From the NCBI GenBank assembly GCA_965644295.1, contig CBFFRP010000234.1:62001-126000 (forward strand): a DNA stretch of 64,000 nucleotides. The letters are read 5' to 3'. Positions 1 through 11,770 of the stretch are shown one piece after another (the first letter of the stretch is position 1; each line of letters begins with the position of its first letter). Below the pieces are notes generated by a model. That model was not told where the DNA came from and did no database searches. It was given only the letters and a program-made list of their open reading frames with translations. Source of the stretch: Paraphysomonas bandaiensis (taxonomy: Eukaryota; Protista; Chrysophyceae). Made by a program: the position numbers and the translations under genes.

Positions 1-1587
1 TACCATACAGGCAACAGATGGTTTAGAGCGTTTGCACATAAAGTCGAAGTCAAGCATACCCTGCACAGCAGTGGTCTGTAGACCGTACACGATGGCTCTG
101 CTATCAGGAGTGAGATCAGACACCGCGTGAGTGTGACCCTCCGCACCGTAGTCCGTCTCTGTTGGAAGCTTCCCATCTTCCACGGGCACAGCTTCTGAAG
201 CAGTGGTTGCTCCTGTGTTCTGACGTGTAGCGGCCATCATTTCTCTGTTCTCAGTGGCCACATCGAACTCCGGGTAGTCTGCAGGGTCGCGAAGACCCAA
301 CGCAAGAGGAACAACTGCTGTCATGTGTGTCTCAGGGCCATACAAGTGAATATGCAAACCAAGCTCTTCACTGGTTGCACGCATATTTTTCAACCCTTCC
401 TGGTAATTAGGACCAGCACGGCGAACCCAGATGGAAATATTGTTCTTTATGATCTCGTCGCGGTACTCACGTAGGGCTTTCTGGATACCACGGAATGTAG
501 CAGCTACATCAGTGAAGTTCGCAATACCTCCTCCAATAATAAGAATTTTTCCGAGCGGGTTCTTGTGACGGCACATAAGTTTGAAAATTGTACGAGCATA
601 GTTATAAGTCTCCATAAGAGATGGGGCACCGGAGTACTCCCCATAATTGGCGAGTTCGTGGCCGAATCCGAGATCTGAGATAGTATCCGCATACACGACT
701 GAGGCACCACCTCCTGCAACCATTGTCCAAACTCTACCGTACTGATTAAGAATCGTCAACTTAAGAGAACTACCAGAAGTTTGGTCTAGACTTTTGATGT
801 AAGACTCTTCCGGAAACTCTGCGCGACCAAACGGAGCTGGGAAATCAATAGAACCCCATTGCGTAGAGTTGATGAAGTGTGCAGTTTCGTCCAACTTCGC
901 AGCCATATCAAGAGGTGTGATGCGCCCGTCATCAGTCATCACAAGGGGATTAATTTCAAGGTAAACGAAATTGAGTCCACGGAAAAGTTTGAAGAGAGCG
1001 ACAATAAATCCGGCAAGATACTGTTGCCGGGAGGCGGGAACATGCTTTAAGAGGATGGCAATGACAGCATCACGGGTAACTTTCTCATCAATGCCAATCT
1101 GCAAACGCTCAGCCTTAGCATCGACGTCACCAACATCAACACCGCCTTCATGGTAGAAAAGAATTTCGTCGTTGTTGCGGAAATTCTGGATACAGACGTA
1201 GTATTCATCCGACTGAGCATGTGGTACGAAGGGCTCAACAATGAAGTGATCGAGAATGCCAGAAACAGTCTCAACTTGACACTCCTTGTTCATTCTATCC
1301 TTGATCCATTCAACAACTTCCGGCCATGTTTTATTGATAGCAAGTAATCCAGCCTTTCCTCGTCGCTTGATCAACTGGTCAGGCTTCACGACAAGATTCG
1401 TCTCCAACAGCCAGGGGTTCTCAGACACAAGCGCACTGAATGACTCTGGGTCCTCTGGGCGAAGAGAATTAGTGGTGACTAGAAGCGCACGATCTTCGAG
1501 GTTGTATACATCGCCATCGGAATAGCTTTTAATCCAGCGTGAAGCCAGTTTCTTCCCGTGATACTCTCTGATCGCTTTAGCAGACAT
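1..1587 (-). CDS. ACLY: ATP-citrate lyase, single-chain (fused) type; 3' part runs off the window
   Basis: ATG at 1587 reads MSAKAIREYHGKKL. The frame stays open to position 1 and contains SLKLTILNQYGRVWTMVAGGGASV, RRAGPNYQEGL and GMLDFDFMCKRSKPSVACMV, so both ACL halves are in one chain. It is absent from the ORF track, presumably because its stop lies outside the window. Confidence 0.95.
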   Translation of the reverse strand, partial: MSAKAIREYHGKKLASRWIKSYSDGDVYNLEDRALLVTTNSLRPEDPESFSALVSENPWLLETNLVVKPDQLIKRRGKAGLLAINKTWPEVVEWIKDRMNKECQVETVSGILDHFIVEPFVPHAQSDEYYVCIQNFRNNDEILFYHEGGVDVGDVDAKAERLQIGIDEKVTRDAVIAILLKHVPASRQQYLAGFIVALFKLFRGLNFVYLEINPLVMTDDGRITPLDMAAKLDETAHFINSTQWGSIDFPAPFGRAEFPEESYIKSLDQTSGSSLKLTILNQYGRVWTMVAGGGASVVYADTISDLGFGHELANYGEYSGAPSLMETYNYARTIFKLMCRHKNPLGKILIIGGGIANFTDVAATFRGIQKALREYRDEIIKNNISIWVRRAGPNYQEGLKNMRATSEELGLHIHLYGPETHMTAVVPLALGLRDPADYPEFDVATENREMMAATRQNTGATTASEAVPVEDGKLPTETDYGAEGHTHAVSDLTPDSRAIVYGLQTTAVQGMLDFDFMCKRSKPSVACMV

Positions 1588-2135
1588 ATTTCAGGAAAAT
1601 TATGGCTTACGTCAACAATTTCCTAATTGTGCTTCCTACGTTGGAATTGTAATATTATGTCAATCTTTCGAGATCAACGTTGGATCGTTCGATATGATGA
1701 TCCGATCTATGAATTGCTCGGTGTCATACATTGCCGCCAACTGAATGGCCCGGGATGAGGGTGGTGATGATGTCTGCACTATACACTGGCGACGTTGTAC
1801 TTCCCTACACCACATACTTCGACGGTCGATTAGAACTAATAGATCAGCTCCACAGGGATGTGATTGGATGGAGTATCCACTTGAGACTGTATTCCAACAC
1901 TGTATTTTCCATTATTAGAATTTCTACGTATTTTTGAGTATTGTTTCATCAACCGCAACATCGTAGTGTGTATATTGGGCGATAATACATATGTACATAC
2001 GAGGTAATACGATACGATGTAAGCAAGCCTGAGGAGTGTGTTGCATTGCCCGTATCGATCCTATCCCTTGACTCTCAACAAAGTTGCAAGCATTTGACAC
2101 AATTACTTGTAAATAATTCCAAGAGATTTTGCGCA

Positions 2136-3405
2136 ATGTCATTGGCTCGCTCTCGTATATTTATTGTTGGCGCAAAGCGCACTCCTTTTGGTAACCTAAA
2201 TGCTGCTGCATTCTCTTGTTGTGATCAGTAACGTGCTCTGCTGTATAGGTGCTTTTGGAGGCAAACTGAAGCACTTGACGGCAACAGAACTCGCTACTCA
2301 TAGTTCTGTTGCTGCACTGGCTGAGGCAAATGTTCCTGGAGCTAAAGTTGATGAAGCTTTTTTCGGAAACGTTATTCAGAGTTCTTTGGATGCCGCCTAT
2401 TTAGCTAGACATGTTGCTCTCAAGTCTGGAGCCCCAGTCCCCTCTCCTGCATTGACTGTTAACCGACTCTGTGGAAGTGGGTTTGAAGCTGTGTGTCTAG
2501 GTGCTGAAGCCATTGAACTTAATCGTGCTAGCATTACACTCTGTGGTGGAACGGAGAACATGTCCCAGTGCCCCATGGTAATGGACGGGTTGACCGCTCG
2601 CTGGGGTGCCCCTCTGGGCAAAGGAATGAAATGTGAAGACAGCCTTTGGGCAGGATTAACTGATGCCCATGCTGGTCTCTCCATGGGTCTCACTGCTGAG
2701 AATCTTGCGGAGAAGTATGACATTTCCCGTGAGGAATGCGATGCATATGCTCTGCGCAGTCAGCAGTCTTGGGCCCGTGCTAATGAGGCTGGTGTATTTA
2801 ATGCCGAAATCGCCCCCGTGGAAATCAAAACGCGCAAGGGAGTTGAGTCTATGACTGCGGATGAGCATCCTCGCCCGTCCACTGTTCTTCCTGACCTCAT
2901 CAAGTTAAAGCCTGTCTTCAAACCTGACGGTAGAGTGACTGCTGGTTCCGCATCAGGAATATGCGATGGTGCCGCCAGTCTAGTTGTTGCCAGCGAAGAG
3001 GCATGCAAAGAGAACAATCTTGTTCCACTTAGTCGTGTGGTTGCATGGGCGCGTTCCGGATGTGACCCCTCTTGTATGGGTATCGGACCTGTACCTGCAA
3101 TTGAGTCGGTTCTTAAGGCTACTAACCTCTCGTTAGCTGACATCGAGATTGTAGAGATTAATGAAGCATTTGCGGCACAGTACTTATCTTGCGAAAAAGC
3201 ATTGGGATTGAATCGTGATGTGGTCAATGTCAACGGTGGAGCTATTGCTTTGGGACATCCTCTGGGTGCATCTGGAGCGCGTATTCTAGCCCATCTCACC
3301 CATGAGCTCCGTCGCACCGGAAAGAGATACGGTCTTGGAGCCGCTTGTATTGGTGGTGGGCAGGGAATCGCTGTACTTCTAGAGAATGCTGATGCTTCTG
3401 CTTGA
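2136..3405 (+). CDS. ACAA2: 3-ketoacyl-CoA thiolase (ACAA2-like)
   Basis: Exon 1 MSLARSRIFIVGAKRTPFG, then GT-AG intron ~2191-2248. Thiolase motifs NRLCGSG, NEAF, GGAIALGHPLGASG and CIGGGQG. Confidence 0.93.
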
Positions 3406-4502
3406 GATTGTGTAGTTATGGTGTAGTCCTGAGTTGCTATGTTATTTGACTTTCATTAAATCGGTAACTTAATTAATGACGTCAAAGTATGAAATCATTA
3501 GTTCCAAACAAAATATGGAAATTTCTTATGTGATGGACTCATAGCGTAGGCTTCCTTGTACCCTTGCACCGTAAGGGCAAAAGGTGGGTGTCAGTGCCAA
3601 GGAACAATATATAGTATGAAACGGTATAATGGTACTGTGCAGTATGTGGAGCTAGTACATCACAGAGTAATACAGTTACCTAAATATGCTTTTCAGTTTA
3701 TATGTAACTAGTTTCTATGTCGGAGTCCTTTGTGTCTTTGTGTAATACATGAGAATGCTAGCAATACAATTTCCGTTCGCAAATAATCTATAATTGAAGT
3801 GTACGGTACTTGTGACTATTTTTCATCAGAAATAATTATTGTTAATATGACGAAATATAGACAACTCAAAGCTAAACTAATGTATATATGCATTGGCAAA
3901 ATATCTATAATACACAATATTTAATTCTGCTCGTACTAAACTGAAAATCTCGACAATGCATAGTGTCGCACATCACTCCAACTCAAATTACGTTAGCAGG
4001 ATGTAAATCTATCAGGCCACCATCAGGCGCACTTTTCATGCTTCTTAACCTGAACATCTACTTTCTGTTGGTCAAAATCTAGACATATGCATTCTCACGA
4101 CATGAAAAAATTATCATTAAGATTCAGTGAACTTGATATATCCCTCCATATTGATAAATCCGTTACTGCTGAGTAGATATAATGCCATATGCCATATCTT
4201 ACTATCAAGATATGCACAGCATGATACGAACGATATGTACAGCAGTATATTCTCAAAAACTGAAAATAGCATCTTTTCAAGATGCGTTTTGTTTCTTTGA
4301 ACGAAGGTGATGTTTAGTTTTTGAGGTTATTTTAGTGTTTAGCGCCATGTTTTTTCTTTCTCTTCTGTTTGTTGGCAAAAATAAAGGTGTAAACAACCTC
4401 ATTAGAGAGCAAAAAAACAATAGAGTTACTACCATTTCAAAAAAAGAATCACGATATAAATTTTTTTTCGATTCAAATCATCAGAGAGAGTGAGAGGCGA
4501 CC

Positions 4503-5363
4503 ATGTCAGAACAGGGAGAAGAAGCGCCAAGTGTGGCGGTGGTAAATGGGGTGCAGATCGGAGACAAGGTGAAGGTGTTGTGGCCGCTGCGGGGTGAAGA
4601 CCCTCATGAGTGTCAAGCAGTAGTGGAATCAGTCGCTAAGAGAAAGAGGAAGTATGGGGGGATATCCTGTAAGCTTTTATTTGAAGATGGTGTACAGAGG
4701 AGGGCAGTACTCACTCCTGGAGAGTACAGTGTGTTGGATAAAGACACTGGATCATTCGTTCCTTCAGCCAAGAAACAGAAGCGCAATGAATCGGCTACAG
4801 GGAATGCTGACGGGGAGACTCCTATTATAGCGTCTGCTGCCATAGCACCATCTGATAACCCGATGATGTTTTTGTCAGACAGGCCCATGAAGAGATCGCT
4901 CTCCCAACAATCTAAAACACAGTATATGTATGGGTGGAATCGCTATGCCAAGTTCTGTGCAGAAAGAGGCCTCAGTGTTGATGCTGCTGGTGGATCTATA
5001 TCTGAACAGATGGAGGCCTTTCTCACCTTCGTTGTGGTTGAAGATCCTGTGAAGACTGTAACCCCAGCTGTCGCGAACTCATATATATCAGCCATAGGAA
5101 AGATGCTAATTGAAGCCAACCAAATTGAATCGATGGCACAGATTCGCACCCCCAAGTTCAACGCACAGCTGGAACAATATACCCGGGCATTTAAACTTCT
5201 TAAGCAGCAGCAAGTTGAGCGGCAGGAAGCGGAGATGTCACGCTTGAACGAGAATGGTCCTCTGCCCGAGGTACCAACTGTGAAAAAGAACATTCCGCCA
5301 CCTCAGAAACAGCAGCAGCGTAAACCAGATGTTCCCGGAGCTGAGAGTGTGATTGAGGTTTAA
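4503..5363 (+). CDS. Hypothetical protein: Tudor-like N-terminus plus tyrosine-recombinase core-binding (SAM-like) domain, no catalytic domain
   Basis: Intronless 286-aa ORF. IGDKVKVLWP...AVVESV...LLFEDG is Tudor/SH3-like. SLSQQSKTQYMYGWNRYAKFC...EAFLTFV...ANSYISAI resembles YR N-terminal domains. Confidence 0.6.
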   Translation: MSEQGEEAPSVAVVNGVQIGDKVKVLWPLRGEDPHECQAVVESVAKRKRKYGGISCKLLFEDGVQRRAVLTPGEYSVLDKDTGSFVPSAKKQKRNESATGNADGETPIIASAAIAPSDNPMMFLSDRPMKRSLSQQSKTQYMYGWNRYAKFCAERGLSVDAAGGSISEQMEAFLTFVVVEDPVKTVTPAVANSYISAIGKMLIEANQIESMAQIRTPKFNAQLEQYTRAFKLLKQQQVERQEAEMSRLNENGPLPEVPTVKKNIPPPQKQQQRKPDVPGAESVIEV

Positions 5364-6912
5364 GTTGAGTGTTTGATGCAGATCTGCTGCCAACGTATCT
5401 TAAAGTTATATGAATTAATGTTCCTGACGTGTGAATTCTGGCGTTTATGTATGCCGCGTAGCTGTCCGCCTTTGCTTTGTAGTTGTAGCAAAGAATGTGA
5501 TACCCGTATCGTTTGGACACGTGTTAGCGTAGTATGTATAATTAATGTAGCTGATATGAACTTTAACGAATACGGCTTACTTATTACACAACAAGACATC
5601 ACATATATAAGAGTGTCTGATTCAAGACATCATATCTGACATCCTCTACCAATTATTTCTATATTATATATTACAACACCATAGAGTCAATGTAGAAATA
5701 ACATTCAATAATACAAGGAAACGAGAACAATATTAAAATGTCATCTGAATTTTGATGTAAACTTAAAGGTTTTGTAAGAGTTAGTCACAACTTTGCTGAC
5801 TACATCTGACATCTGTGTACTCACATCTAACATCTAACAGTTTTGTTGTGGTTGCTGCTTCTTAGCTCTTCATATTTTACTATAGTGACTATTTTTTTGC
5901 TTAGCTCATTTTATTAGGATTCAGCTTATTTCATGATTGTATCTGTGAGTTATAATGTCCAATGAAATATATCATGAACTGAATTAGAGAGATTATCTGT
6001 CGAAGATACATGATCGTCATCATAACGTCGTCATTATCAGTTACACTTCTAACTATTCCGTTGTGCATGATAGTTATGTTCTATATTGTTATTCATAATT
6101 TTCACTCTATCGTGTTCTTTACTTACACTCTAATAATCACAAAATTGTTTTCTTATTATAAAGATCAATTCTTTATTCATTTTTGTTTTAACCGCTTCGA
6201 ACTCATAAATAATGTAATTTTCATAATATTTTGAAAGCCAGAATTCACAGCATGCGGGCCCTCTCTTCTCTTTTCGATAATTTACATATACACTTAACAA
6301 CTTATCTTCTACCCCGTTCACAAACTTTACTTAGGAATAAAATGTATAAAGTATAAGTACGAAATTCTATGTTTCGTATGATTTGCAGCTAATTGCAATG
6401 GTTTTCCTCTCAGTAGAGTCGGACTTTCCTCATTTCGTGGTGTTCTGAAGGACAAGCACCGTAGAGATTTATTCGGGAAACTGACGTGAGTCGTGAGACG
6501 CAAACATATAGACAGCAGATAACAGGGCCAGGTAAAAATATATTGGATTGCAATATATTGCAATATATATAAATATCGCAATTATTTGTTTTTGCTTGCT
6601 ACAATATATTGATTATTATATAAGCAAAATTTGGCCAGATAACGTTTTGCCCAATCATAGCCAAATGCTTGTGTGGTACAAAAGGGACACAAATATGTGT
6701 CATTCATGTAGACGTCTTATGGCATTGATGAATAAATAGGTATTTGAATATGGGCCCACGCCTGACAGGTAACCGGGGTATTGGGATGCCTGCTGAAGTC
6801 AATCCTCCGGGCTGTTCGCCTTCTTAGGGACTCTAAAATCCTGAAGTTAGCAGATGTCAGGTATATCCACATTCTGCTTGCTCACAGCGTTTGCCTTGAG
6901 TGATAGAGCGAT

Positions 6913-7030
6913 AGTGGTTGCTCCTTGTTGGTGGTTGCGGTGACGCGCAAGTAGCGTTCGTAGCGTTAAATAGTAGGAAATCAGAGTTCAGTATTAGATA
7001 GTTAAATTGTAATGCTAAACTAGTTCTGGT
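6913..7030 (+). mobile_element. Degenerate fragment of a non-LTR retroelement 3' UTR
   Basis: agtggttgc...gcggtgacgcgcaagtagcgttcgtagcgttaaatagtagga matches the 3' UTR of the insertion at 39806-40606. Confidence 0.7.
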
Positions 7031-7720
7031 TCTTTTTGATCGAAAGACACATACACTGCTTATAAAGGGAAAAACTCAGTAGTAGTTGATTAAAAATATT
7101 CTTCCAGTACACTTTGTTGGATACTCTTCTGGACAACGTTTCACATACCATAGCACTATATACCTCAAACATCATGCTAATGAAGCAAAAATACTCCAAA
7201 CTTGGAAGTTGATGGTATTGTGTTGACTATGTCCTAAAGACGGCTACGTCAGTAGAGCATCTACACGATGACTTCTTAGAATTATAGATATCGTAAAAAT
7301 ATCATCACTGGTTAGTTTTGTTCTCTCAGTTCCTTTATTTTTTGTAAATTACTATAATAAGTTTTGTTTCACAACCAGTTTCAGACAATTTACGACACTT
7401 TCAGCCATTGCTCCATCAAGAGAATTAACGGTTATAATTTCACGATAATCACTTATAGTACAAGCTTCAAATAACACAAGCAAAAAGTTTGACGAAATAT
7501 GCAAACAACTCAAATAATATAATGACTTTTGCGAACTCTACTATTTTCTCTATAGTAATATATATTAATCAGCTACTATTGTGTACCTTGTTATATGTTA
7601 TCAGTTACATTTGAGACTGTGCTGTTTATCAAGTAATATACTTACTACTCTAGTATTTGATTATTATAGCTTCTTGTTGTAATGATTTTTTCTATAATTA
7701 CCCAACAAATCTAAAGAAAG

Positions 7721-9676
7721 CTATGACATCTCTAATAGCGTAGCAACATCATCTGAAACGTTATCTTTGATCCAATCCATACCATCGAATAATTCACAAG
7801 TGAAGTGACTTCCAGACGCCGTCCGAAATTCTTCTTTCTTCATTTCACTTTTGTTCGACTCCCAGAAGTCTTCATATCCGCTTCGCGCTGTTATATTTGT
7901 GAATATCACCAATTTGTCCACTTCAACCGTAATTTGGAATACACGACTCAAATGGTTGACAAGTGCTTCAAATCCGCGTTCAGCTTTCACAAGAATCCCT
8001 GCAATGGTAGCATCATCCATTGCTCTGATTTTCTTCTTGCGCTGAGTAGTCAACACGCCTGATGTAATATGTTTTGTTTCTTTTCCCGATTTCACTTGAG
8101 CACCAGAAACATAGAGGATATCACCGTTCAATTGCAACCATATTCGATCAATCCCAATCTCAACTCCATCGATGCTCCAAAGCAACAATTCATTGCACAA
8201 CGACTCAACATTTCCTGTGAACTCAGCACCATCAATGATGATGCTTGCGCTACCTGATTGCAGAATGCTAATTTCCTTTTGAGGCATGGAGCTCTTTAAT
8301 TTCAACAGAGCTGGAACAATACTGAAGAGTAGTTCTTCATTGGAATGTCCAGGAGTTCCACCACGCAACCCCTTACGAGTAAGATTAAACACATGAATCA
8401 TCCTATACAACTTTTCATTGACAAAGAAATCACGGACTTCATCTGCAATTTTACGTGTTAAAAACTCTACTGAGGTCCCGTCACAATACAATATCATACT
8501 CTCCACCCACTTGTTCACTAAAGACATGTTAATATTGTACCATTGCAGCGAAGCAAGGTTTATCACTGGGCTGGACAAGAGCAATCCTGAGAGGTTAAAG
8601 AGTTTTGGATCATTGAGAAGGAAACCGCAATGGAAATTGATTTTGATTCTTCTTTCCGTTTTGTAGCTGTCAATGGAACGCCCAATTCCACCTGTGTAGT
8701 GAAGCACTTTTTCCGCCTCAGCTGCTGTGATATTTTCTCCGTATTGGGCACACCAGTAGTCCTGCACAAGCGGCACAGTTCGAGGAGGGAAAATTTGGCT
8801 TACTGTGAACAACCCACAGTTTAAATTAGGATATATCATTAGCTCGATATTTTGCGGTTGGAATACGTAGTCCTTTATGTTGACCTTAGACGCAGCTAGC
8901 ATGATGATCACGTCTCCTTTGCGAGCAATCTCACGAAACAGCCCAAGAACGTATGCGCACGTGTTCCTCATCATATCAGTCGTCTCGCTGCTCGCATATT
9001 CTGGAGGAATGTACAAGGTGGTCACTTCATCCAATAACAGGAAGCACTTGCTCACTTCATATTTATCAGTGCCGCTCATATCCGTACCACTTGGCATCAA
9101 CTTCAACACAAGCTCATCAAAATTTACGGTGAGTAAATCGTCAAACTTCAAATCATAAAGCGATAGCGCTGCTGTAATCATTGTATACGGACTCACAGGT
9201 GGGCTTGGCAAGCGTTTCTCAAATATCCAGTAAATAGGAAAGTTGCGTTTGGAGACACATGCTGCTATTGCACCGAGTGCGTGAAGCATTGTGGTCTTAC
9301 CGACTCCCTTTAGTCCATTTAAAATATAATTAGCACCCACTGAACGAGCACCAACCTCCATAGCATATATGGACCTTGCTGCCGCAGTGAGCAATTCAAG
9401 AAAGCTCTCGGAACTGTATCTGCAAGGCAAAGCATATCTATTTATTTGTTCTTGAGAACTTAACGTGGAGAAGAGATCCCACACTTGCGTGCATGTCTCG
9501 ACGAACTGTTCACAATCTTCATTGACGATGTGCCTCTGGGCCCTGGCATGCAAATTTCTCAAATCGGTGGCAATACCTTCCAATGCAGGGAGATTACCAG
9601 CTCCCTTACTCACTGCTCGCACAATGGCAAATTGGTAGTTGTGTAGAATGTTGCACTCATGACAGTGAAGCGACAA
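7721..9676 (-). CDS. P-loop NTPase plus putative PD-(D/E)xK nuclease (Crinkler/CR-effector-like architecture); start codon uncertain
   Basis: 651-aa uninterrupted frame with Walker A GLKGVGKTT and Walker B FLLLDEV. The C-terminal GIDRIWL...GAQVKSG fits a D...QxK REase core. Confidence 0.65.
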   Translation of the reverse strand: MSLHCHECNILHNYQFAIVRAVSKGAGNLPALEGIATDLRNLHARAQRHIVNEDCEQFVETCTQVWDLFSTLSSQEQINRYALPCRYSSESFLELLTAAARSIYAMEVGARSVGANYILNGLKGVGKTTMLHALGAIAACVSKRNFPIYWIFEKRLPSPPVSPYTMITAALSLYDLKFDDLLTVNFDELVLKLMPSGTDMSGTDKYEVSKCFLLLDEVTTLYIPPEYASSETTDMMRNTCAYVLGLFREIARKGDVIIMLAASKVNIKDYVFQPQNIELMIYPNLNCGLFTVSQIFPPRTVPLVQDYWCAQYGENITAAEAEKVLHYTGGIGRSIDSYKTERRIKINFHCGFLLNDPKLFNLSGLLLSSPVINLASLQWYNINMSLVNKWVESMILYCDGTSVEFLTRKIADEVRDFFVNEKLYRMIHVFNLTRKGLRGGTPGHSNEELLFSIVPALLKLKSSMPQKEISILQSGSASIIIDGAEFTGNVESLCNELLLWSIDGVEIGIDRIWLQLNGDILYVSGAQVKSGKETKHITSGVLTTQRKKKIRAMDDATIAGILVKAERGFEALVNHLSRVFQITVEVDKLVIFTNITARSGYEDFWESNKSEMKKEEFRTASGSHFTCELFDGMDWIKDNVSDDVATLLEMS

Positions 9677-9899
9677 TGCAATCCTGCATGAAGATTGTTG
9701 GACTGATGGGTGTTTCAGTGCACTGGCGTTATGGTGACCGAATTTAGGCGATTTTAGGGTAGGTAGGGCCTTTTTTGCATAAAACCCACACTTTATAGAA
9801 ATTTATAGAAGTGAAAACCCTTGTATTGGGTGTTTTTTGTGATACAATGTGGTGATATAGCTAAGAGTGCGTCAGGATTTCAACCGATTCGTTGCGTGC

Positions 9900-10300
9900 A
9901 AGAAGATCGTATTCAGCTGAGCGGCATTCTCTAATCGGATTAAGGCCTGGAATGATGGACACTGAAGATTGAAACTTGCACGGGCCGCAAGAAGCAAAGG
10001 AAGGGTTCATTTCCTGAAGTGGAGGAAAAACTTATTGAGTACATTAATTTTGGTTGGAGCTGATTCATCTGCAAGAGGACTGTGCATAGGTTTACAAGAT
10101 TAATAAGCAATGGCATGTATTGCGAGGTTGAAGCGAGTAAGAAAATACATGGAGTCAAGCAGATGAAAGACAAGGAGCGTGTAGCAATTATGTAGTTGTG
10201 AATATGCTTCTACTCTTTACCACTAGTTTGTTAAGACTGCCTCCGAATTGACAAAAGTTGCTCAGAGAAGTGCACCAAATCTTCGTCACAATCAAATATG
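9900..10300 (+). pseudogene. Degenerate pogo/CENP-B-type transposase fragment
   Basis: Plus frame reads GRKKQRKGSFPEVEEKLIEYI followed by a stop (CENP-B-like HTH start). LTKVAQRSAP appears downstream. Confidence 0.5.
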
Positions 10301-11770
10301 CAGCACTTTTCTCGGTGCAGAGATATAACTCTACACTATAACAGCGCTATGTTGTAATTCTATGTTATACAGCTGTCCTGTGTAGTGAAGTGTTAACAAC
10401 GCATTCCTATCTAATAACAACGCTTGTCACATAGTTATTTATCTGCAATGCGATTATAGAATTTTCCAGCCTTAAGCACTATACATTGTTAAATTGTAGT
10501 GTAGAATACGGAATCTTAAATAATAGTGGAACTTCTGAACATTCTCATGTATCCTCAACAGTCAAATCTTTACAGTCTAGGAAAGAATATCACAACAGTA
10601 TCAGTTGAAGATACTGTCTATGTCGACCTCAGGTTACCTGTGGTACGAGAGTCTCGGCTTACCGGATTTTGCTACGGCTGCGTAAGTCATGGAATTCACG
10701 TACACTGATAGGTATCACAACAATTCGAGACGTAAGATTAGCGCCTGTTTTAAGTTTAGCGGTTCCAATTGTGCATTTGACGACTATTTGGTCTACGCTT
10801 GGGGATCCCACAAGGATTTCGACCCTGCTTTCATGATTATGGTTGATGCGTTGCTGGATGCGGCTTATCCCAAATTTATTCAGGATGTAGGTGGCAGTTG
10901 GCTGTCCAGTTCGTAAGACAGCTATAGGATATATATGCAATATACACAGTATTTAGTGTAGTGCATGTGTCCTGTGTAATTGGAGTCTTTCGACTAGGAA
11001 CCTATTTTCTTATCTTCTTGCTTTATTCTTTACCTTTCTAAGTAATCCATATAGCTAATTGACTGATCTGCCCTCTGTTCGAAATTGCTCATTCTTAACT
11101 AGATCTCAGACAGAATTTGTCGTTAGACTAGATAGAGTAATGAAAATCGATTACATGACTTGTGACAAAGAACACAATCTCATTTTGTTCATTTTGTTCG
11201 ACGCATAATCTCCTACATATGTGAAACTCTTGTTACTAAACATATTTTAAAAGATCAAACTATTTCAGTTTCTCAATATCATCACAGCATTTGTACATCA
11301 CCATATTTCACTGTATTCTCGTACATTGTCTTTAAGTAACACACTGAATATCCTAGAATATAATCCATATTCTAACACCCTCTGCGAACTTAGGGCTGCA
11401 GGGTACTTGGGAGCTTGTATTTCCATCAGGACCGGTGGTTGTTAACAAAATTTCGTCAAGCCTATATTCTCGGGAAAATATTTTACTGCTTTGTACGAGG
11501 ATTTAGAATCTCATAAAATACTATTTCTGGCTATTGACTAAGTTAGATTTCATTCCTTTCAGTGATCCGAGGCTTCAAAACTGAGTTTTGCATAAAAAGG
11601 ACTTCATACAGCAGAAAAAAAAGTAGTTATTACCTCTCGCAGACATAGTATATAAATACTTATTCCTTCAACTTAAGAACTACACTACGACAAAAACAAC
11701 ACAACATAAACGACAGATTTTAACTCGAGGTAAATATAAGCCCAGACATTTCAGGTGAAATATCTGACAC

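Noticed and set aside
742-773. Apparent 32-nt GT-AG intron in ACLY
   Set aside because: The sequence encodes the conserved SLKLTILN motif in frame.
1694-1744. Box C/D snoRNA-like ATGATGA...CTGA
   Set aside because: Too short, with no terminal stem or recognisable rRNA guide.
6523-6640. hAT-like end cagggccaggtaa with attgcaatat repeats
   Set aside because: No matching second TIR or TSD could be identified.
6773-6810. TPP riboswitch resemblance
   Set aside because: Lacks the CUGAGA motif and the downstream conserved core, and is not in a thiamine gene.
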